Shown here one piece after another: positions 49,401 through 55,875 of a stretch of 64,000 nt of DNA. The position numbers and the translations under genes are program-made. The DNA is from an uncultured Clostridia bacterium. Its GTDB lineage: Bacteria; Bacillota; Clostridia; TANB77; CAG-508. Position 1 is the stretch's first letter, and each line of letters starts with the position of its first letter. A model generated the notes under the pieces. That model was not told where the DNA came from. It worked only from the letters and a program-made list of their open reading frames with translations, and did no database searches. Location of the stretch: positions 22,425-86,424 of the forward strand of contig CALXVH010000002.1 in NCBI GenBank assembly GCA_944391965.1. The letters run 5' to 3'.

Positions 49401-52010
49401 GTCTGGTGTAGTTGTCCAACCATTTTCGCCATCATTTAAGTCTGTTGTTGGATTTTCTTTTTCTGAATAATACACTGTAACTTTATCTTTCATATCTTCT
49501 GGTACTGTTATTCCACCATCTACCATTTGTGTAGTATAGTTTGAACCTAGGTCTGTTCCATTTATGGAGAAAGTATTTCCTTTAAATGGGATTTTTCCTA
49601 ATATGCTAACTTCGCTTATTGTTCCAGAATAATTATTTGTTACACTTACATTTACTGTAGCTGTATCTGCTTCTGTTTTGTCTATTGTTGCAATTTGTGG
49701 TGCAACTGCTGTTTCGCCTGCTTCATTATAATTTGTAGCTTGTTGATTTGTTAAAAGTGAACTTGGTGCTACTATATTTAATGTATCTGTTGCATAATTA
49801 ACATTCTCTGTTACATTTTCGTCACCATCTACATCATATATATCTGCTGTTGTATTTTTATAATTATTGCAGAATTCGTTATATGCATATAGTTTTACAC
49901 TTTTGGATTGTGTTACAGATCTTGGATCTGCTGTTAAGTTTGTATTAATTGTAATTGTATAATTTGCTTCGTTTTCGTTTTCTGTTTCTATTTTAATAAA
50001 TTTCTTTCCGTCTTGTTCTACTATTTCGTATGCTAATAGTTTTACACTAGAGTTAGAAATATTTACACTATTTATTTCTACATCTAAAACTTCTTCTGGT
50101 AATTCTACTAAAAATCTACCATTTGTCCAACCTTTCATATTGTAATAATCATTACGTGTAGTAATAGTTAAGTCTATATCTTTTTCTGTATTTTGAGTTC
50201 CTATTGTATCTCTATTTACTGTAATGCTTGCAACTGATATTGGTTCTTCATAACGAGCATTTGCAGTATCATCATTTATTTTTGTATATTCTGTACTTCC
50301 TTCTATTTTTACATTTCCTGTTAAATATGTATATACATATTCTAATTTATCAAATTCTTCTTTTGTAAATGTTGATGTTAAAACATTATCATCTATCTCT
50401 TTAATATTGTATACATAGAAACTAGCATTTTTATTTGCTTTACTTGTTTCAACTCTTATATGTTTTACTGGTTCTTCATACATATATGGTGATGAACTAC
50501 TATAATTATTCCAATCTTCTTTTGTAAATGTATGTATTTCTTCTCCTGTTTCATCATTTATAACTTTTATGTATCCATCTTCACCTAATGTATTTTCTAC
50601 ATTTGAAAAATATATACCAGTATTTTTTGTATAGTCTGACATATTAAAATATGTTCCTTCTGTATTTAAAAATCTATCTGTATATGGTGTATTAGTTTCT
50701 TTCATTTGGATAGAATCTACATTTATTTGATCTCCTGTATATGCATACCATCTTACTTCGTATAAATCTTCTGTTTCTTCTGCTGTTTCATTATATATTT
50801 TTAGAGGTTCTTCTTTAGATATTATATAATTATAATCATAACTTCTATATTTTCCAATTGTTACATCAAATCTTGCTACACTTCCTTCTGGCTTTCTCCA
50901 TAGAAATGTTATATTTCTTTCTGCTATATTTGATTGTATTGGATTTTGGAATTCGTCATTTGGATTGTTAAATCCTTCATAATATGCTTTTACTGGAACT
51001 TGTAAGCTTAATGTATCTCCTGTTAAGCTTTCGTATAGTTCATATGGATATGTTACTTTAAAATTAAATGTATTATAGTCTGATACTGTTTTTGTAACTA
51101 TTCCTGCTTCGTTTATAGAGGCTTCTCTTGTAATTGTGAAGTTTCCTGTTTCTTCGTCATATTCAAAATTTACATCACTAGAAGTTAATTCTACACTTGT
51201 TGGTTTATATCCATTTACTGTTGGTATTGTTCCTTCTAAAACTGCTTTTTTTAGTATTAAATCGTCTGTTGTTTCTCTTGTTGTTACACTAAAGTTTAAT
51301 GTTATATTTTCTTTATTTTCGTCTGTTATTTCTTCTATATTTTGTGTACCTGTATAGTTATAGATACTTGCTGTAACACTTCCATACCAATCCACATTAA
51401 AATCTACTGTTTTACTTATTTGTGTTTCAGTTCCGTCATCTGCTATATGTTTACCAGTAAGTACTACACTGTTTACTTGGCTATATTTATTTGTATCATT
51501 TCCAAAATTAGAGGCATTTACTGTACCATATATTAATTTTTGTGTTCCGTTATTTACATCTTTTAATGCGATTTCTGTTGTATTATTTGATATATAGTTT
51601 TGTTTTATAACATTATCTTCTACTATTGCTGTAGATAGGTTCATATTAGATGTTTTTATAGTTATTTTTCCATCTACTAATTTACCATTTGTTAGTACAT
51701 TTAGGTTCATGTATAGTGTATCTGTTTTATTTATATCCCTACACATTCCACGTACTTGTTCTGCGTAACCATCTCCGTCTAAGTCACGCAAAAAGAACGC
51801 ATCAAATTGAACATAGTCTGTATTTGGTACCTTTTCGTCACCTTCTTGTACTTGTTCATATTCCATGCTTTTTTGTATTTCTGGGTCTGCTAATAATTTA
51901 GCTTTTTGGTTTTGTGTATTAACCAGCAGTGCAACTACTGTTATTATTGCTGTTACTACTGCTAATACACTAATTGATAATGTTATCTTTTTCGTTCGTT
52001 TCCCTTTCAT
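40443..52010 (-). CDS. Giant multidomain cell-surface adhesin (3855 aa)
   Basis: N-terminal signal/anchor. Repeated SpaA/Cna-B-like modules (e.g. VQGATFSITAEGE...YILKEIRTPGSYE). SBBP-like beta-propeller repeats (DGGYVVGGSFTG, DGFVIKYDSDGNQAW). Listeria-Bacteroides-type repeats (GGTITGEDEAPYETVEYGKDS...). About 15 MucBP-like repeats (VxVHYxxxGT...YxT....GYxL...GT......VxYYY). DUF11-like repeats (VTYTVRIKNEGN...VRDTLPAGITF). C-terminal hydrophobic helix plus a KRQKKKINKK tail. Confidence 0.85.
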   Translation of the reverse strand: MKGKRTKKITLSISVLAVVTAIITVVALLVNTQNQKAKLLADPEIQKSMEYEQVQEGDEKVPNTDYVQFDAFFLRDLDGDGYAEQVRGMCRDINKTDTLYMNLNVLTNGKLVDGKITIKTSNMNLSTAIVEDNVIKQNYISNNTTEIALKDVNNGTQKLIYGTVNASNFGNDTNKYSQVNSVVLTGKHIADDGTETQISKTVDFNVDWYGSVTASIYNYTGTQNIEEITDENKENITLNFSVTTRETTDDLILKKAVLEGTIPTVNGYKPTSVELTSSDVNFEYDEETGNFTITREASINEAGIVTKTVSDYNTFNFKVTYPYELYESLTGDTLSLQVPVKAYYEGFNNPNDEFQNPIQSNIAERNITFLWRKPEGSVARFDVTIGKYRSYDYNYIISKEEPLKIYNETAEETEDLYEVRWYAYTGDQINVDSIQMKETNTPYTDRFLNTEGTYFNMSDYTKNTGIYFSNVENTLGEDGYIKVINDETGEEIHTFTKEDWNNYSSSSPYMYEEPVKHIRVETSKANKNASFYVYNIKEIDDNVLTSTFTKEEFDKLEYVYTYLTGNVKIEGSTEYTKINDDTANARYEEPISVASITVNRDTIGTQNTEKDIDLTITTRNDYYNMKGWTNGRFLVELPEEVLDVEINSVNISNSSVKLLAYEIVEQDGKKFIKIETENENEANYTITINTNLTADPRSVTQSKSVKLYAYNEFCNNYKNTTADIYDVDGDENVTENVNYATDTLNIVAPSSLLTNQQATNYNEAGETAVAPQIATIDKTEADTATVNVSVTNNYSGTISEVSILGKIPFKGNTFSINGTDLGSNYTTQMVDGGITVPEDMKDKVTVYYSEKENPTTDLNDGENGWTTTPDFSKVKTYLIDLGDYVLNVKENRVFTYQIKVPSTVSYNDVSYSAHAVYFCLDTAEGKFKTQTETTKLGFRIERKYHFNMQKVKEDTTVPVQGATFSITAEGEDETKLGTTNNSGTFTIQNLFVDKTYILKEIRTPGSYEKNETEVKFKVTVQDDKLVLQILEGQDSLKEYSITQATADSRGILNFKVENTPKYKVILTKKDGADSSLLAGVKYKLEGEGLGNGITVATNKEGTLTLTGLSHDVEYTLTETEAKDYYVNETPVKFKVVNNSGKLEFVVTSGSFNSTSQVTTGTGVTGLDAQDTVTAELTNEKIPTYQVTVKKFAKEEDTTLKGAQYKITGEGIDEKGATYTTDDTGILTIPNLYEYVEGKNITGVYTLQEITPPEGYALDSRELQFRVKRNTEGALELEVLGDNFLRNSSVQDNTINLEFEDEPLFKITKIDGATKLPIQNAKFVIKEIDENYNELGFAKDINGNVVGTLEENVGAGSITFPLDEETYPWSKLEDGTYQSGISGLTSKTSTMTSKEFTLEKDGNISFEWAVSSESASYDYVYYTITNTKDNSTIGGTSTKIGGNSSITDYNDLSFETVTEELEAGTYKIAFTYRTDGSNSEGLDSGFVKNIKLEGMNTQIPVVKTDENGEISYGLKAGLYKATEIEAPEGYELAENEADRTYYFGIGASKAQETEFGTSFNTSVAGDLWNKVEAVESTTDNGFVTSGYFTKEADLNNDGLADVKGNDSYYSGFIAKYSKEGNMEIANSVYTESGEVILHKVIQTNDGGYVVGGSFTGTNLQVGEVSTGLTNTTNDLKGIVIKLSSSGSYEWAKEVAQEGLDYDVTALTQKLEGNIVAGVTTGENPKVIEYTNTDGSINGETTISANVQISDMDGYNSQDVIIVSQGLTDTTTGRIDLYSNGSVTAGSELDFNANAVARLDNGKAIIVGNYTGTAQTVKTKGNYDGIIIEYDINSSTINSSKFIRGTLDEVLTSVTKTTDGGYMIGGYTYSSQVDFNQEETTWEIPSISGDSDGFVIKYDSDGNQAWYKQVTGDNLDEVTGVAERDENEFVAVGYFNSTTVKGDTADSQGASLSKYSDGFVFNYGEIITAPEVPESSEITIENNLKKFQITTDIEEVDGVKGGTITGEDEAPYETVEYGKDSTKEIKIVPDENYKIVKITVNGENYEFTPAEDGSFTMPQFTNMQTNKHIVVTFSNTASSVLVHHYIDGTQTKVAEDEHIAGTIGESYTTAPHMDLEEYELKQVDGEYVIPDNASGTFKQEEQVITYYYVKKQVPLTVHHYIEGTNEQVPLASGELAQDVITKGEIGTEYTTVALTPEELNPKYELSITPENANGIYTKDGVVVTYYYKAKKVEVTTAVQTHKETNEMGEEVDVAGGTISGQNQNPYETVIYGEDSQNDIVAVPDENYQVKQILINGESIEFTAEDDGTVILNKFTDMTEDKHVVVEFEKIPAKVIVHYYIEGTTDKVPLQDGGTADDVTQTGVVGDIYATKPADNVNSMYELISTPTNASGTMTKDTIEVIYYYKLKATSVLVHHYKENTTEKLSNDVTINGKVGDSYTTQVATDIPQNYELVTTPTNATGTMTEDQIVVIYYYRLKTPSVTNNITKTGTDRITVANQEMSYTVTYTANVTDYIGNAEVTIVDTLPYAIDEAKSDLAGGTYDSASKTITWKENVSDINSYTGNGTVNVTKTFKVVYVDLDMNQEKVVNNVKGNIKLLTPEKTSEEVTGSQESTIYKAIISSEKLVDKTEAIEGEKVTYTVRIKNEGNLAKTVTVRDTLPAGITFDKDTLIKVGETGTVYTEQNLKNGIPVEVPANGSIDVVFAGKVDTLASNEYSKTLTNQATVDNEPTNEVTTNVTKANITAHKESDPASGSKVRFGDEITYRIRVRNDGTREGTAIIKDTVPTGTTFVEGSVKIDNVADSTKTATDLQNGINVTIGVGAEKVVEFKVTVNKLIDGTKIKNTAYINQNGEDKKVPEEPEHTYVEPKEEQSISKNGTATIDSLNGEITYNINYTARITDYSGRATVKLIDTLPYAIDEARSDLAGGTYDAQAQTITWEEPVENIQITEEKEITVNKTIKVVYKDVSPDVVSIKNVVTGHIEYETPVMTSDEVTANATTTTGFTVNIPVSKVWEDDSNKLGQRPTKVVFKLHGSDGSEYTKEVAKPGTAGSTTTQDSTNPNKWNDIFENLPKYDENKQEIVYTLTEEEKTEGDLRYYDSIVIDKTVTNTNKYGKVTVHHYIMNTDGSTTTTRVPDANGTEIADVVIEGKEGTSYETEAATNINEKYELVAEKLPANATGTIEKYNEEKPQEVIYYYRLKPAKVLINYLEKDEDTDDSNNVVLSSQEQITGYVDDSYNTDTDHRKETIEKDGKTYTLVSDSGNKTGNMTLQDITVTYYYLQNTKATVRYVERNPETHEIVKDLEEPTVKEGLVGDKFVTNSKDFVGYKLVESPEKTTIEMTKEEQTLIYYYEPVYTGLIENHIDDKTGKVLYTESHDVQVGEDYDIPSKEFEGYDLVESKLPENAEGTMGEELVTVNYYYIKKAVLEVNYIDKLTGEPLADQVVDDTKHEGDSYTTEEKVFDGYDMIEIQGNKEGTMIVETDEQGNITNNRTIVTYYYAKKSAGVEEHHIDLRTGEELEEPTLHQGHIGDEYNIPSKDFLSYQVVTVDEEGNSMLPTNSIGTMTEEKIVVNYYYNQPAKVIVHYVEKATGKEIEETNPETGELQNSQVLIEGQKDDDYTATAKEFEYYTLIEKPQEEQGKMKVEIVKDEEGNDVVNNTIELYYYYEAKPFNIGVDKEITGIIVNGERREPTNGKIEKVEIYRKSTEETSVQVEYKIKVSNTGEVSGNATIEENIPEGMRLANNDGTWEEQEGKLIKVIPELGAGETKEYTVLLNWEQTGENMGEKTNEVKLVGTGNVPGFVDNNDKDNTANANVIISVETGELPIGLIIALVGLVGLETVTLRYAVVLTKRQKKKINKK

Positions 52011-52044
52011 TTTTTCTGCCCCCTAAAATTAAGGTTTGTGTGTG

Positions 52045-53322
52045 TTAATTTTTTGATTTGTTATAATTTTGAATTTTTTTGTTGCTTAGTATTACTTTAT
52101 ATAAAGTGCGGAACGACAACCGTACGTAGCTGAAGTAGTTAGTCGGACCGTAGTAGTTACGATAGTCTGCTGGATATCTGTCGCCATCTTTCTTGTAATG
52201 GCCACCCCTACACACCCTGTTGATGGAACTGCTGGCCTCCATTGTCCAGTCCCACACATTACCTGCTAGGTCGTATATGTTATTTGCTTTCGTGTATTCT
52301 GTACTTCCTGTTGGAATTCTTGTACTACTTCCCTCATTTTTCGTTGCTGTACTTCCACTACTATTTACATATTCAAATGTCGCATTGTTATAGTTTCCCC
52401 AACTTGTTGAGTCATCTGCTATTTGCTCTTTTGTTTTACTTCCTGTCTCTATTAACCACATCAACGTTCTATCCCATTGGTTTCCCCATATCATTCCTGT
52501 TTCTACATTTGTATTGTCTCCTTTAATGTTTTTACATCTTTTATACATGTTGTACCATGTTTGAAAATTTATATCTGTGTTTCCTTTTTGTACTACTGGT
52601 GTTTCTTGGTTTATATTTCCTGTTTCATATCTTCCTATATAGAATCCTCCATACTTTTCTACACTTACTATCATATTATTAAATTCTTTTTCTAGCTGAT
52701 TTAAAAATTCATGGGTTGTTTTGGCTCCTAGTCCTCTAGTTTTTAAAGTTGAATCATAATCATAGCTTTTTACTATATCCGGCTCTCTATAACTCGTTTT
52801 ACTACTTATTGTCATTACTCCATCGCTTTCGCTCCAGTTATATGGTTTCGTTCCTGTTATTTCATCATAACTACTACTCATACTTGACGAAAACTGATAT
52901 TGTTTTCCCCATTTCTTTCCATTGGCATCAGTTCCATAGAATTTACTTATATCTGGTACTGGTATCCACACATATTGGTTTCTACTTTTTTGTGCATCAG
53001 CTACATTGCTGTCTGTTACTTCTTCTTCTCCTTCGTATATTACATATCCTGTATCTATTTCATTTTCTCCTGCCACACTACTTCCTACATATCCGTTTGG
53101 TACTGGTACTTTATCTCCACTTGCATCTTCTTCTACGTGCATATGCTCATTATTTTCCAAATTTATGGCGTTTACAGTTGATTTTGTAGCTTGTAATACA
53201 GTACTATTCTCTTTTTTAGAAAATGCAAAAATTAAACTTGTTAAAACTACTATAACTGCTAATATTCCGCAAATTATGCATACCATTTTTCTATTTATTT
53301 GCTTTCTTGTTTTCTCAGCCAT
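52045..53322 (-). CDS. DGR target protein 1: membrane-anchored FGE-sulfatase/C-type-lectin-fold protein carrying VR1
   Basis: N-terminal TM helix (VCIICGILAVIVVLTSLIFAF). C-terminal GMIWGNQWDRTLMWL ... NIYDLAGNVWDWTMEA ... RVCRGGHY is the FGE/CLec hallmark. The last about 44 structured residues align to the TR. Confidence 0.85.
   Translation of the reverse strand: MAEKTRKQINRKMVCIICGILAVIVVLTSLIFAFSKKENSTVLQATKSTVNAINLENNEHMHVEEDASGDKVPVPNGYVGSSVAGENEIDTGYVIYEGEEEVTDSNVADAQKSRNQYVWIPVPDISKFYGTDANGKKWGKQYQFSSSMSSSYDEITGTKPYNWSESDGVMTISSKTSYREPDIVKSYDYDSTLKTRGLGAKTTHEFLNQLEKEFNNMIVSVEKYGGFYIGRYETGNINQETPVVQKGNTDINFQTWYNMYKRCKNIKGDNTNVETGMIWGNQWDRTLMWLIETGSKTKEQIADDSTSWGNYNNATFEYVNSSGSTATKNEGSSTRIPTGSTEYTKANNIYDLAGNVWDWTMEASSSINRVCRGGHYKKDGDRYPADYRNYYGPTNYFSYVRLSFRTLYKVILSNKKIQNYNKSKN
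52105..52237 (-). repeat. DGR variable region VR1
   Basis: 133 nt aligning without gaps to the TR. My hand count gives 27 mismatches, 19 at TR adenines (coding sense) and 8 elsewhere. Confidence 0.8.
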
Positions 53323-53366
53323 TTCAATTTCTCCTTTAAGAATCTTTTTAAGCTCTGTTGATTTTT

Positions 53367-53395
53367 ATTTTATTTATAAATAAATAACTTGTAAA
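53367..53395 (-). promoter_or_regulatory. Sigma-A-type promoter candidate for target gene 1
   Basis: The minus strand reads TTTACA, a 17-nt spacer, then TAAAAT, about 45 nt upstream of the start codon. The same element occurs upstream of target 2. Confidence 0.45.
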
Positions 53396-53512
53396 TGGCT
53401 GTATTTTCTATATTACAACGACATCATTAAAAACATGTTACGGATATACAAATTACGATTTTTCTATTGGCATCTTTACATTTTTTTATCTTTTATGTAT
53501 CAAAATGACTTT

Positions 53513-53767
53513 TTAATCTAAAAACTTAAAATTATATATTTCTATAATCTCAACTTGCATATTTTCTCTCAGTCTTCCTCTTAAAAAAAACTCTTCTAAA
53601 TCTTTTTGATATATGTAATCTGCTATGTTATCATACGCAAACACCTCTATTTCCGAATTATTTAATAACTTTGCTTTAAATAAAACTTTTGATTTTTCTT
53701 TACTATTTATTACAAATTTAAAATTTATATCACTTGTTCTTTTTACAAATAAAAAACATTCATTCAT
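53513..53767 (-). CDS. Small hypothetical protein (84 aa) conserved in both repeat copies
   Basis: ...SEIEVFAYDNIADYIYQKDLEEFFLRGRLRENMQVEIIEIYNFKFLD is about 85% identical to the ORF at 57396-57587. It vaguely recalls an OB-fold/SSB pattern. No clear RBS. Confidence 0.35.
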   Translation of the reverse strand: MNECFLFVKRTSDINFKFVINSKEKSKVLFKAKLLNNSEIEVFAYDNIADYIYQKDLEEFFLRGRLRENMQVEIIEIYNFKFLD

Positions 53768-53987
53768 AATTATTTGTTAAAATTCTTAGCAATTATTAAC
53801 TAAAATCATAAAACGATACTTTTTCCTAATCTTTTAGGAAAGGGCTTAAAATACATACTTTCGTCATACCTACCGGTATATATTTTAATGATTCATATTT
53901 ACCTAAAATAGGAAGGAATAAACCTCTTTAATATCTAATATTTCGCTGGACTACTTCCTTAAAACTAGCCATCTGGATTGATATTAG

Positions 53988-54120
53988 AGTGCTGCACGAC
54001 AACCGTCTGTTGCTATTGTTGTTAGTCGGATTGTTGTTGTTACGATTGTCTGCTGGATTGTTGTCGCCATTGTTGTTGTAATTGCCACCCCTATACGCCC
54101 TGTTGTTGGTACCGTTGGCC
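53988..54120 (-). repeat. DGR template repeat (TR)
   Basis: Starts 13 nt after the RT stop codon. In coding sense it reads gcc aac ggt acc aac aac agg ... aac aga cgg ttg tcg tgc agc act. My hand count gives about 51 adenines in 133 nt and 18 AAY codons in 44. It aligns to VR1 and VR2. Confidence 0.9.
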
Positions 54121-54133
54121 TTTTGGTCTATCC

Positions 54134-55144
54134 CTAATTTATATAAAAAAGTTTTTCTTCCAAATTCCTTGTATTTGCATATTTCATATAACCTAAATGT
54201 CCACATATAAATCTACTTGCTTCTTTACTACTCATATTGCCCTTTTGTACTTCTTTTTTTAAATATTTAACCTTTTGTTTAATAGCTTTTTTACCTCTGT
54301 CGCGTAGCTTTAAACGATATTCATTTATCTTGTATCCACAAAAATTTACTCCTTGATCACTTTTAAATATTTGGGTTTTGTCGTTTAATTCTAATTCCAA
54401 TTTTATTTTTAAATAATTTTTAATTTTTTCTAAAAGTTCAATGGCTTCTTTCTTTGTTTTTACAAATAAAATCGAATCATCCATATATCTAAAATAGTAT
54501 TTTACCTTAAGCTCGTGCTTTATATATTGGTCTATTTCGTTTAAGTATATATTTGCAAATATTTGCGAGGTATAATTACCTATCGGAAGTCCTTTTTTAC
54601 CTGAATTTGAATACACTATTTTTTCTAATAGTTCTACTAGTTTTTCTTCTTTTACTTTTCTTTTTAAAATATTCATTAAAATATCTTTATCTATATTCTG
54701 AAAATATTTTCGAATATCCATTTTTAAAATATAGTAATTTTGCCATATTCTTTTGCAATGCTTCATTGTATTTTGTACATCCATAGATGCTTTATGCATT
54801 CCTCTATTTTTTATACACGCATATGATGTATTTATAAATTGATTTACAAAATATCTATTTAAGAAACTATCTACTATCCATCTATGTACAATTCTATCCA
54901 TATATCGTGAAGCTTCTATTTTTCTTCTTTTAGGATACTGTATATAAAAAATTCTATATCCGCCATGTTTATAAGTTCCGTTTTTTAGCTGTTCATATAA
55001 CCATCTGATATATTCTTCTTGTTTTAGATTAAATAGAATTACTTCTTTTTTATAGTTTTTTCCTTTTCTAGAAAGTAAATGTGCTTTCATAAGATTGTCA
55101 TAAGTTAAATATTTATCAAATTCATGCCTTATTGTTTTTGCCAT
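54134..55144 (-). CDS. DGR-type reverse transcriptase
   Basis: 336 aa with RT motifs ILKMDIRKYFQNI (A), GLPIGNYTSQIFANIYLNEID (B, containing the DGR-specific [I/L/V]GxxxSQ), FRYMDDSILFV (C, YMDD) and VNFCGYKI (E). There are no intron-maturase or endonuclease extensions. Confidence 0.9.
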   Translation of the reverse strand: MAKTIRHEFDKYLTYDNLMKAHLLSRKGKNYKKEVILFNLKQEEYIRWLYEQLKNGTYKHGGYRIFYIQYPKRRKIEASRYMDRIVHRWIVDSFLNRYFVNQFINTSYACIKNRGMHKASMDVQNTMKHCKRIWQNYYILKMDIRKYFQNIDKDILMNILKRKVKEEKLVELLEKIVYSNSGKKGLPIGNYTSQIFANIYLNEIDQYIKHELKVKYYFRYMDDSILFVKTKKEAIELLEKIKNYLKIKLELELNDKTQIFKSDQGVNFCGYKINEYRLKLRDRGKKAIKQKVKYLKKEVQKGNMSSKEASRFICGHLGYMKYANTRNLEEKLFYIN

Positions 55145-55496
55145 AGTATTTTACTAAGCCTCCTATTATTTTTCCCATTTCGTATATTAGGCTCATGGCA
55201 TATTCGAATTTTTTCTTATCTATCCATGCGTTTTTACACATGATTCTTAACAAAATTCTTTGAACACTTAAATCTGCATCAATTTTATTGATACTTTTAA
55301 ACCTATCTTTTATTTCTATTTTGTTTAAGTACATTATGCCTTCTAACATCTTATACATAGAATTCTTGTATTCTGTTCCTATACTAAATTTTTCTGTTCT
55401 TGGAATTTTTAATATTACTTCTAGCATATATTCAATATATCTTTCGGATTTTGGAATTAATGTTAATTCATTTTCTTTTTTATTTAACTTTTCCAA
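55122..55496 (-). CDS. avd: Avd-like accessory variability determinant (four-helix-bundle family)
   Basis: 124 aa, helical and basic. It overlaps the RT start by 23 nt and the upstream gene by 17 nt. The pattern YIEYMLEVILKIPRTEKFSIGTEYKNSMYKMLEGIMYLN fits the Avd / 23S-rRNA-IVS protein family. The start appears to be TTG. Confidence 0.7.
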   Translation of the reverse strand: MEKLNKKENELTLIPKSERYIEYMLEVILKIPRTEKFSIGTEYKNSMYKMLEGIMYLNKIEIKDRFKSINKIDADLSVQRILLRIMCKNAWIDKKKFEYAMSLIYEMGKIIGGLVKYYGKNNKA

Positions 55497-55875
55497 GCTT
55501 TCTCACTCTTTCTAATATATCTTCTTCCTGTTCTTTTCTGTTTGTACAACTTGTACATTCTAAACAGTTTTTGGTTTCCTCAGTATTTTTACCTTTGTAT
55601 CTATATATTTCTTCTAATTCATCTTTTTCGTTTTTTATATATAAAATAAACGAATAGCCTAGTTTCTCTAACTTCTCTATATATTTCTCTACATTTTTTA
55701 CTAAAAATCCTACTTTACACAGTTCTTTTCGCATACAAGTTAGTTTTAAGCCTAATTCTTCATTTAAAATTATTGCATCTTTTCCTATTGCTACAAAAAA
55801 TATTCCATTTTTTGCTAATATTATTGTACCTTCATTTTCTTTTTGTATTTTTTCCACTTCTTGGACGAATTTCAT
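55480..55875 (-). CDS. MutS-domain-I-like small accessory protein with a C-terminal Cys cluster
   Basis: 131 aa. [33 protein letters not shown] aligns by eye to E. coli MutS [60 protein letters not shown] aligns to [26 protein letters not shown]. The tail is [12 protein letters not shown]. Confidence 0.65.
   Translation of the reverse strand: [131 protein letters not shown]

Larger units (their letters stand above)
52085..53730. repeat. Direct repeat copy A (about 1.65 kb: small ORF, promoter and target gene)
   Basis: Collinear with 55961-57611. The first ~140 aa of the two target proteins are identical, and the plus-strand shadow ORFs 53006.. and 56897.. are identical for their first ~106 aa (shadow ORFs 52242../56118.. 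and 52477../56353.. are near-identical). Confidence 0.8.

Noticed and set aside
40576-51901. Many 60-200 aa plus-strand ORFs inside the giant adhesin gene, and similar ones inside pcrA, spoIIE, the WG-repeat gene, the DGR targets and elsewhere.
   Set aside because: They are L/F/S/Y-rich shadow ORFs antisense to long, clearly coding minus-strand genes. They arise from AT-rich codon bias and have no RBS or recognisable motifs.
53928-54206. 92 aa ORF (…NGTNNRAYRGGNYNNNGDNNPADNRNNNNPTNNNSNRRLSCSTL…) listed in the ORF track.
   Set aside because: It is the conceptual translation of the DGR template repeat plus the 3' end of the RT gene. It has no RBS and overlaps the RT coding region. Its Asn-rich composition simply reflects the AAY-rich TR, so it is not a protein-coding gene.
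54134-55144. The reverse transcriptase as a group II intron maturase or a retron RT.
   Set aside because: There are no flanking intron RNA domains and no X/maturase or En domains. No msr/msd-like inverted repeats lie adjacent. The IGNYTSQ motif and the cognate TR/VR pairs explain it as a DGR RT.
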